A stretch of 54,312 bases of DNA from NCBI GenBank assembly GCA_029251885.1, contig JAQXCL010000097.1:1-54312 (forward strand). The letters run 5' to 3'. The DNA comes from Opitutales bacterium (GTDB taxonomy: Bacteria > Verrucomicrobiota > Verrucomicrobiia > Opitutales > Seribacteraceae). This document shows positions 38,326 to 45,777 of the stretch, piece after piece; within the stretch, counting starts at the first letter, position 1; the number at the start of each line of letters is the position of its first letter. The translations under genes were made by a program, and so were the position numbers. The notes beneath the pieces are model-generated. The model was not told the DNA's origin. It worked only from the letters and a program-made list of their open reading frames with translations, and made no database searches.

Positions 38326-39438
38326 TTAAGATGATGCTGAACTTGCTTTGGATATTAGAGGTGCAAGAAAATCACGATGAACAACCTCGGATCGATTGCT
38401 CCAGGAATAAGTCTTGATAACGGTTTCATTACTTGCTCCGATAATTTCTTCAAGCTCTTCACTTGAAAAACGAGAAATTCCCCGAGCAATGATTTTACCT
38501 GACGGATCGAGGATGGATACTACATCTGACCGTCCAAAGGATCCGGTTGAATGTAAAATCCCACTGGCTAAGAGGCTCGCTCCTTGTTCAAGGATAGCCG
38601 TGCAGGCTCCTTGATCAATTTCGATTGATCCCTGAGGGTTTGGGAAAAAAGCCAGCCATTTCTTGCGTTGCTTTAACTCTAAGCCCGCAGGGGCAAAAAA
38701 AGTACCCTCGGTTTTACCTTCGATAATTTGCGGAAGTCGCCCTGGGGTCTCCCCACATCCAATAAATACTGCACAACCTGATTTTGTCGCCACTTTGGCG
38801 GCCTCAATTTTAGTCGCCATTCCACCCATCGCGGTCGGGCTGGTCGTACCTTCAGCCATTTTTTCGATCTCAGCATTAATTTCACTCACAAACGGAACAA
38901 GCACACCAGAATTTACCGATGTCATTAATCCTTTTGCGGTTGTTAGGATAATTAGAAGTTCGGCTTGTGTTAGGGAGGCTAGAAGGGCTGACAATATGTC
39001 GTTATCGCCAAATTTCAATTCTTCATCACTGATTGAATCGTTTTCATTGACGACTGGAACAACACCCCTCTCTAGTAAAGAATCTATCGTTTCTTTTACT
39101 TTTATAGATCTTGCTTCCTCATTAAAATCCTCACGGGTTAACAAAATCTGGGCGGCTAAAAAACCGTGAGCACTGAGGGCAGATTTCCATGCGTGCATCA
39201 GTTCACTTTGTCCAATTGAAGCACATGAACGAAGTACAGACAAATCACCAGGCCTTGAAGCAAGGCCAAGTTTTCCCATGCCTAAGCCAACGGCACCAGA
39301 GCTAACAAGCACAACATCAATACCTTGCTTTTTAAGCAGATCTATGCCGGAACAAATTTGAGAAATTCTTTCAACTCGGATGTTCCCGTTACCTGCTGAT
39401 AACAGACCGGTTCCTAATTTGATTACCACACGCTTCAT
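38326..39438 (-). CDS. proB: Glutamate 5-kinase with PUA domain
   Basis: VVIKLGT, VSSGAVG, NEND, FGDNDILS, GGMATKIEAA and the C-terminal VHRD. Confidence 0.95.
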   Translation of the reverse strand: MKRVVIKLGTGLLSAGNGNIRVERISQICSGIDLLKKQGIDVVLVSSGAVGLGMGKLGLASRPGDLSVLRSCASIGQSELMHAWKSALSAHGFLAAQILLTREDFNEEARSIKVKETIDSLLERGVVPVVNENDSISDEELKFGDNDILSALLASLTQAELLIILTTAKGLMTSVNSGVLVPFVSEINAEIEKMAEGTTSPTAMGGMATKIEAAKVATKSGCAVFIGCGETPGRLPQIIEGKTEGTFFAPAGLELKQRKKWLAFFPNPQGSIEIDQGACTAILEQGASLLASGILHSTGSFGRSDVVSILDPSGKIIARGISRFSSEELEEIIGASNETVIKTYSWSNRSEVVHRDFLAPLISKASSASS

Positions 39439-39542
39439 TTAATACATCCTTCTAATTTTCAAAGATGCGAGAAAAGGTAAATAGAGCAAACCTCAAGCAA
39501 ACGAAGTTTATTGGATTCTCAATTTGCCAAATAACTTTTGCT

Positions 39543-40100
39543 TTAGACTTTTCTTAAATCAGATTCCTTTGCACTCACCGCTTGAGTGATTTGGTCTCCC
39601 ATATCATCAGTCAATTTCTGGACCTCTTTTTCTGCCCTCTTGAAGTCATCTTCGGGAAGGCCTTCTTTTTGTAGAGATTTTAGTGTATCCAAACCTTCTT
39701 TGCGGGAAGCTCGAATTCCAATCCTTCCATTTTCCGCAAAGCCCTGAGCCATTTTGCATAATTCCTCCCGCCTTTCTCCGCTTAACTCAGGGATAGGTAA
39801 ACGTATGAGTTCACCAGTAACAACCGGATTAATACCAAGTTTTGCATCGATAAGCGCTTTTTCGATAGGAGCAACAGTGCTTTTGTCCCAGGCTTGAATC
39901 TGCAGGGTTCGCAAGTCTGGTGTAGTGATGGCAGCAACATCTCTCAGTTTCATAGAGGATCCGTAAACATCAACCGTAACTCCTTCGATCATCGAGGGGT
40001 TTGCTTTGCCTGTGTGTAGAGTGGCAAACTCACTTAAGACATGATCTACGGACTTTTGCATGTCGTTTTTTATCTTTTTAAAAATAACTTCGGTATCCAT
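39543..40100 (-). CDS. frr: Ribosome recycling factor
   Basis: TGKANP, VDVYG, LGINP, PELSGERR and EKEVQKLTD. Confidence 0.96.
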   Translation of the reverse strand: MDTEVIFKKIKNDMQKSVDHVLSEFATLHTGKANPSMIEGVTVDVYGSSMKLRDVAAITTPDLRTLQIQAWDKSTVAPIEKALIDAKLGINPVVTGELIRLPIPELSGERREELCKMAQGFAENGRIGIRASRKEGLDTLKSLQKEGLPEDDFKRAEKEVQKLTDDMGDQITQAVSAKESDLRKV

Positions 40101-40142
40101 AATATTATAGGGTTTTGTATTGTATAAATTAAATAGGTATAA

Positions 40143-40862
40143 CTAGCGAACAATCGTACCAATCGATTCACCGCAAACCGCTTTGCGAATAGATTGCTCC
40201 TGTTGAAGGTCAAAAACAAGAATGGGCATGCGATTATCCATGCATAGAGAAAAAGCGGTTGAGTCCATGACCGATAAGCGTTTCTCCAGGCAATCCATGT
40301 AAGTAAGTTCAGAAAACCTTATGGCGTCTTCGTACTTGTGTGGGTCCTTGTCATAAATACCATCCACCTTGGTCGCCTTTAAGATAATATCGGCGGATAT
40401 TTCACTGGCTCTTAACGCAGCTGTTGTGTCGGTAGAAAAATATGGATTTCCAGTGCCTGACACAAAAATAACTATTCTTTCACGTTCGAGGTGCCGAATT
40501 GCCCGGCGTTGAATGTAGGGCTCGGCTAATTTATCCATAGGGATGGCACTTTGTACTCGCACTACAGCCCCCATTTTTTCCAATCGATCCATCAAAGCGA
40601 GACCGTTGATAACCGTGGCAAGCATACCCATCGAATCCCCTGTTGTTCGGTCAATGCCTTTGTCGGTCCCTTGCAAACCTCGAAAAATATTACCACCACC
40701 TACTACAAGTCCAACCTCTACACCCATATCAGAAACCGCTTTTATTTCACCGCAGATCTTTTCTAAAGATTGAGCAAAAATGGGTTCACCTGCGGTTCGA
40801 TTTCCGAGGATTTCCCCACTGATTTTAAGAATAATTCGTTTGAATTTGGGTTTAGGCATCAT
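40143..40862 (-). CDS. pyrH: UMP kinase
   Basis: [34 protein letters not shown] and VMDSTA. Confidence 0.97.
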   Translation of the reverse strand: MMPKPKFKRIILKISGEILGNRTAGEPIFAQSLEKICGEIKAVSDMGVEVGLVVGGGNIFRGLQGTDKGIDRTTGDSMGMLATVINGLALMDRLEKMGAVVRVQSAIPMDKLAEPYIQRRAIRHLERERIVIFVSGTGNPYFSTDTTAALRASEISADIILKATKVDGIYDKDPHKYEDAIRFSELTYMDCLEKRLSVMDSTAFSLCMDNRMPILVFDLQQEQSIRKAVCGESIGTIVR

Positions 40863-40923
40863 AAATTTGAAGGTTGGTAGTTCCTTGACTTTATCGGATG
40901 ATAAAGCAGTATGTAAATCCCGT

Positions 40924-40997
40924 AGCCTGGTGGTGTAATGGTAGCACAGAGGTTTTTGGTACCTTCAGTCGGGGTTCGAATCCCTGCCGGGCTGCCA
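40924..40997 (+). tRNA. tRNA-Gln (anticodon UUG), CCA encoded
   Basis: Cloverleaf: AGCCTGG/CCGGGCT acceptor, GTGT/GCAC D-stem, GAGGT/ACCTT anticodon stem with loop TT-TTG-GT, CGGGG-TTCGAAT-CCCTG T-arm, discriminator G, then CCA. Confidence 0.95.
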
Positions 40998-41048
40998 CTT
41001 GTGTTTCTTGATTGCTTTGTTTTGTTTAAAGAAGCTTTGTAAAACTTC

Positions 41049-41520
41049 TTAGTTTTCAAATGGATCAAATGTAGGTGGCGGTGGGGGTGGTTCCGGAAAT
41101 TCTGTAAAACCATTCTTGTTAGATTCTGTTGGAGCAGGGTTTGCAAAAACATCTCCTAAAGGTACTTCTTCAGGATTATTGTTACTTTCTTGGTTGTCAG
41201 GGCTTTCTCCAAACGGATCAAAGGTAGCCGGAGGTGCGGGAGGATCGTTTAAAAGACTTTCCGAAGCAGGCTGAGTTTTTTCAAAAGGATTTGCATTTGA
41301 TTCATCGGGTAATTCTTCTCCAAAAGGATCAAAAGTATCTGGAGTAGGCGGAGCGGGCAAATTACTCGAATCAGGTACCTCAAATGGATCATTTCCCAAA
41401 GGGGCTTCAGCTTGGGGCTGGGGGGAGAAAGATGGTTCATTTGATTGAGGCTCTGCAGGAGGTGTTAAGTCACCAAACGGGTCGAAAGAAGGTGCAGGAG
41501 CTGGAGGTGGCGGGGGTAAA
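41049..41520 (-). repeat. Protein-level repeats: five DPF and one NPF motif in a Pro-rich tail
   Basis: SFDPFGD, NDPFEV, TFDPFGE, ANPFEK, TFDPFGE and TFDPFEN-stop. Confidence 0.85.
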
Positions 41521-42749
41521 GTATTCTCAGGTGCTACTTTAGTAACTTTATTTGACTTAGGTTGGGGTGGTGGGAGAATTTCAACAGGAATAGATGAAGG
41601 CAATGGATCCTTTGACGCAGGAATTAATTCTGTTTTAGGACCTTCAGAAACTTTTTCATCGGAATTATCCTGTTTGCTCTCATCAAGTTCGATGGGCTTG
41701 GGTAGTTTGTTACCTGGAACAGTTTGATCTTTATTTTTTTCTTTTTCGGGCAAAGGAGGCAGGTCGATCTTTTCTAATGCATCAATTCCTTCCGAACTTT
41801 CTCGTGAAGCTGGTTCTTTTTCTTTTTCTCTTGATTCTTGAGCAACAGGAGGGGAGGTGGGGGTAGCAATTCTTTGTCCAGTTAATAAATCTTGGGCAGG
41901 GATACCGTTGTTAAACCGAATTTCCGATATTTTTTCTCCGCTCTCGTCCCATTCGGTGCATACGCCATGTTCGAGGTTGTTTTTAAAATTATAGTCAAAC
42001 TGTTGTTGCCCAGAAAGGAACCATCCCTTGGAGTTACCTTCCATCTTATTATCTAAAAATTGGGCGGAGAGACGCTTCTTACCATTTTCATACCAAATTG
42101 TCCTAAGACCGTGTTGCTGATCTTTTTGATAAAAGAGACCGAGTTTTTGTTGTCCATTGGGGTACCATTCCGAGGATGGACCTTCCCGCAACCCGTGTCT
42201 GTAGATTGTTGCAGATTTCTCAGTTCCGTCCGAGTACCACTCTTTGGCTTCTCCGTGAGCAACCCCCTCCCGCATTTCGACCTGAAAACTTTTAATCCCA
42301 TTGGGGTGCCATTCTGATTTTGGTCCGGTTAGTTGATCTTCTTGATAAGTTTCTTCACGCCATAACTCGCCAGTGATTCGAAATTCTTGAGAAGGACCGT
42401 GGCGATTGCCGTTTTTATAAACGATAGAGGTTCTTTTTCTACCGTTGTAGAAATATTCTAGGGTGATCCCGTGACGCTGACCGTCTTTCCAGGAAGAAAT
42501 TGATTTTGTAGGGCTTTGTTCAAAAGTTTCGATGGCCTTACCACTGAAGGGTTCCTTCTGTTTGGTAAGGTTGCCCTCGATTTCGGCTTCGCGAACTACG
42601 CCTGTGTCGTCGACTTCCAACCAATGGAGCATGACGGTTTGGTCAGTGGAAAAGGTTAGTGGATCTGTGCTTGTATTACTTAAATGAACACAAGAAACAA
42701 ATGGTATGAGAGCGAGGGAGCAAATCCAAGGAGCCAGTGACTTCTTCAT
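41049..42749 (-). CDS. Lipoprotein with MORN-variant (MORN_2/YwqK-like) repeats and a Pro-rich DPF-repeat tail
   Basis: Lipobox FVSC from ATG 42749; PFSG followed by about ten ~24-aa repeats (e.g. HGLREGPSSEWYPNGQQK); Pro/acidic tail with FDPF repeats. Confidence 0.85.
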   Translation of the reverse strand: MKKSLAPWICSLALIPFVSCVHLSNTSTDPLTFSTDQTVMLHWLEVDDTGVVREAEIEGNLTKQKEPFSGKAIETFEQSPTKSISSWKDGQRHGITLEYFYNGRKRTSIVYKNGNRHGPSQEFRITGELWREETYQEDQLTGPKSEWHPNGIKSFQVEMREGVAHGEAKEWYSDGTEKSATIYRHGLREGPSSEWYPNGQQKLGLFYQKDQQHGLRTIWYENGKKRLSAQFLDNKMEGNSKGWFLSGQQQFDYNFKNNLEHGVCTEWDESGEKISEIRFNNGIPAQDLLTGQRIATPTSPPVAQESREKEKEPASRESSEGIDALEKIDLPPLPEKEKNKDQTVPGNKLPKPIELDESKQDNSDEKVSEGPKTELIPASKDPLPSSIPVEILPPPQPKSNKVTKVAPENTLPPPPPAPAPSFDPFGDLTPPAEPQSNEPSFSPQPQAEAPLGNDPFEVPDSSNLPAPPTPDTFDPFGEELPDESNANPFEKTQPASESLLNDPPAPPATFDPFGESPDNQESNNNPEEVPLGDVFANPAPTESNKNGFTEFPEPPPPPPTFDPFEN

Positions 42750-42891
42750 AAACAATTTAATGTCTTTGCCAAGAGGTTGTGGCAAGAGGTTTTTCGTAGG
42801 CGGAGTTTCGATACAGGTAAGCTTTTTGGGTTTTGTTTAAAGATTTTTCAGACTTGATGAACCTGGTTGATAGTTCTTGAATCTAAAAACT

Positions 42892-43680
42892 ATGGAAACA
42901 CACGAGATAGATTATGAATTGATTGGCGACGACATGCAGATCGTTGAGATTGAACTAGACCCTGAAGAAACTGTGGTGGCTGAAGCAGGTGCCATGAATT
43001 ATTTGGAGGAAGATATTGAATTTGAGGCCAAAATGGGAGACGGGTCAAAGCCTCGTCAAGGTATGTTGGGAAAGTTATTTGATGCGGGGAAAAGAGTGCT
43101 TACTGGAGAATCCATTTTTATGACCCATTTTACTAATCATGGAGCATTGAAAAAAAAAGTCGCATTTGCTGCTCCTTATCCAGGGAAGATTATTTGTATG
43201 GATCTTAAAAACCTTTCGGGGGAAGTCCTTTGTCAAAAAGATTCTTTCCTTTGTGCTGCCTTAGGTACTCAGATTTCTATTGCTTTTCAGAAGCGCCTAG
43301 GGGCGGGCTTTTTCGGAGGAGAAGGATTTATTTTACAAAAATTGCAAGGAAGTGGAAAGGCATTCGTACATGCCGGAGGAACAGTTGTAACCAAGGAGTT
43401 GCAAGGAGAAACCCTCCGGGTGGATACTGGTTGTGTGGTTGCTTTTGAATCTAGTCTTCAATTTGATGTGCAAATGGCTGGTGGTTTGAAATCAATGTTT
43501 TTTGGTGGGGAAGGCCTATTTCTTGCAACCTTACGAGGGCATGGGCGTGTGTGGTTGCAAAGCCTTCCTTTTTCCCGTTTAGCAGATCGTATAATCCAGT
43601 CCGCCCCGTCTTTTCAGGGTAAAGACAAGGGGGAAGGCTCTGTTCTCGGGGGTCTTGGGCGGTTAGTTGATGGAAATTAA
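42892..43680 (+). CDS. TIGR00266/AIM24 family protein
   Basis: [39 protein letters not shown] and [12 protein letters not shown]. Confidence 0.9.
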   Translation: METHEIDYELIGDDMQIVEIELDPEETVVAEAGAMNYLEEDIEFEAKMGDGSKPRQGMLGKLFDAGKRVLTGESIFMTHFTNHGALKKKVAFAAPYPGKIICMDLKNLSGEVLCQKDSFLCAALGTQISIAFQKRLGAGFFGGEGFILQKLQGSGKAFVHAGGTVVTKELQGETLRVDTGCVVAFESSLQFDVQMAGGLKSMFFGGEGLFLATLRGHGRVWLQSLPFSRLADRIIQSAPSFQGKDKGEGSVLGGLGRLVDGN

Positions 43681-43723
43681 GTATATGTTTGTGAGATTAC
43701 AGGGGTTTTATAAAGAAGAATTT

Positions 43724-44125
43724 CTAATCTGGATAAAGAAAATCTTCCAGATCTCTCCTTTGTTTTTTAGTGGGTCTACCTGTTCCTTTCTTGTTAGTGA
43801 TTCGAAGAGTTAGTCGCTTTCCATGTTCTTTTGCTTTTTCATAAGCTTCGGGGGTGGTCAGGTCGCTCAAAAGATTTTGAGCTAGAGGTGCAGATAATCG
43901 CTTTTGACTTAAATCTTCTATCCTAACCACTTTTTGCAATGGACCGAGTTTGATCGAAATAATGTCCCCTATTCTAATCTCCCTAGATGCTTTAAGGGGC
44001 TGGTCATTTATTTTGACCCAGTTTTTCTTGCAGGCTTCCGATGCCATATTTCTTGTTTTGTACAATCGGGCGGACCATAACCATCGGTCGACTCTCATCT
44101 TTTCGAGGCTATCGTATTCAGGCAT
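43724..44125 (-). CDS. hslR: Ribosome-associated heat shock protein Hsp15 (S4 domain)
   Basis: MRVDRWLWSARLYKTR and GRPTKKQRR. Confidence 0.92.
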   Translation of the reverse strand: MPEYDSLEKMRVDRWLWSARLYKTRNMASEACKKNWVKINDQPLKASREIRIGDIISIKLGPLQKVVRIEDLSQKRLSAPLAQNLLSDLTTPEAYEKAKEHGKRLTLRITNKKGTGRPTKKQRRDLEDFLYPD

Positions 44126-44168
44126 TCAAGCGAAGTAAGGTAGGCTTTATTATTTTTGGGGAAATGAG

Positions 44169-45494
44169 TCAGCGTTTTACACTGGCTCGATAAGTACCGG
44201 TTTCGGGAAAGTTCGATTGATTGTTTTCCTTTGAATTTCTTATGGGAGTCAGTTCTATAATGAAATCTTCCTTAATAATAGATGTCGGGAGAGTTCTTGG
44301 AGGCAGAGGCAAGCTGGGTTTATGTGAAGGTTTTGGAGGAAGGTTTAGGAAAATAGATTCCGCCTTATCCCAATTCATATACAACCAACCTCCAGCACTA
44401 CCTAGAACTAGTAGAGAAAAAAGTAGCATGAGTGAACCCGCAATACCTGAATTTACTGAATTCTCAGCTTCGGATGAGGCTTTTCTTCTTTCAATCAAAA
44501 TGCCCACTAATATGGAAATCTCGAAGAGGAAATAAAGAGGAATGGTAAGGATACATAGACTCACCGGGTCACCACCCGGAGTAATGAGAGCAGCAGAAAC
44601 CATGAGTATAACAAGAACAAATCTGCGACTTGAGCGCAATTTTTGAACGGTTAGTACCCCAATACGGATTAACAAGATCAATACCAATGGAAATTGGAAT
44701 GCCAAACCTACAGCAAAAGTCATCCAAATTACAGTACTGTAATAATTTCCGGCCTCTGGACGGTATATTTCGAGCCCTAATACATTAAAAGAAAATTCGA
44801 TAGTAAACGCCAGGGATAGGGGAAGAATGAAAAAGTAAGTCATTCCAGAACCGGCCAAAAAGAGGAAAGTGGCGGCCAAACAGCCAGGGAAAAAGACTTT
44901 TTTTTCTTTGAAGGTTAAGCCAGGGGTCACAAAACTTCCCAGAAAATAAAAGATAAGGGGAAGAGAGAGGCCCAACCCTCCGAGGAAGCAAATTTTCATA
45001 GCAATGAAAATGGGCGAGTAGGAACGAATGACTTGCAATAAGTTTCGGTCTTTGCCACCGGCAAAATGAATGAGCAATCGCAAACGATGCTGAGGGTCTG
45101 TAACTCCCCAAGTCACAAGATCATTTTCCGTGGCGTGAATTAAGTCAATTAATTCAACGCCCTGTTCTTCCAAATTCGCTTGGTACTGCGAGAGTCCGGT
45201 TGCCTGTAGGTCAATTGACAGGTTACCAAAGTCTTGAACCGCCGATATCAATGGCCGTTGTAGTAGTCGAACTGAATCGCCCAAAAAGGCCGCAACCACC
45301 AGGCATCCTAATACAAAGGCAACAAAGGATTTAAAAATTACCCAACGCATTTCTTCCAAATGCTCTAAAAAATGCATTTTATTTGGATCGTTTTTGCCTG
45401 CCTTAGCTTTCCCTAAAGCTCCAACTAGACCACGCTCGCGAAAGCGTTGGCCAAAAGTTTGTGGATTATCCTGGGGAGGTGGTGGGGTCATCAT
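44169..45494 (-). CDS. tatC: Twin-arginine translocase subunit TatC with loop insertion and C-terminal extension
   Basis: MHFLEHLEEMR, FVTPGLTFKEK, FQFP, RRF, AALITPGGDPVS and PLYFLFEISI. At 441 aa it is much longer than a typical ~250-aa TatC. Confidence 0.92.
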   Translation of the reverse strand: MMTPPPPQDNPQTFGQRFRERGLVGALGKAKAGKNDPNKMHFLEHLEEMRWVIFKSFVAFVLGCLVVAAFLGDSVRLLQRPLISAVQDFGNLSIDLQATGLSQYQANLEEQGVELIDLIHATENDLVTWGVTDPQHRLRLLIHFAGGKDRNLLQVIRSYSPIFIAMKICFLGGLGLSLPLIFYFLGSFVTPGLTFKEKKVFFPGCLAATFLFLAGSGMTYFFILPLSLAFTIEFSFNVLGLEIYRPEAGNYYSTVIWMTFAVGLAFQFPLVLILLIRIGVLTVQKLRSSRRFVLVILMVSAALITPGGDPVSLCILTIPLYFLFEISILVGILIERRKASSEAENSVNSGIAGSLMLLFSLLVLGSAGGWLYMNWDKAESIFLNLPPKPSHKPSLPLPPRTLPTSIIKEDFIIELTPIRNSKENNQSNFPETGTYRASVKR

Positions 45495-45684
45495 TCATCA
45501 GTTAGCAAATCATGTATCACAAAATATAGGAACCAATAATTTTGGTCTAAAAACTTCGAGCCGTCTAGCTTTGAATCTTAGGCAAGCCGTAGAAATTTCT
45601 TTTACTGCGGGGGGAATTGCATTGAGCAAGAAAATTTAATGTTTATGAGAATTCCAACTGTCGCCTGGTTGTAAAAGTGCTCCG

Positions 45685-45713
45685 TTGACAAGTCCGCACA
45701 TTATTTAGATGTT
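45685..45713 (+). promoter_or_regulatory. Possible sigma70 promoter for ppdK (TTGACA-N17-GATGTT)
   Basis: Consensus -35 hexamer; the -10 element is weak. Confidence 0.35.
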
Positions 45714-45777
45714 TGTCGGTTTGTTATTTTCTTCCTCAAGTAAATTACGTCCCAAAACATAAACCCACCACTTACAC

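Noticed and set aside
40889-40906. CTTTATC-GGAT-GATAAAG inverted repeat, and the tRNA as an integration site
   Set aside because: A 7-bp repeat inside a promoter spacer is weak evidence; no integrase or duplicated tRNA 3' end was seen.
40859-41152. 97-aa minus-strand ORF
   Set aside because: Runs antisense across the tRNA-Gln gene; spurious.
41049-42749. Toxin-antitoxin call from the YwqK-like repeats
   Set aside because: No adjacent toxin gene, and the protein is a lipoprotein with a long tail; the family label reflects only the repeat type.
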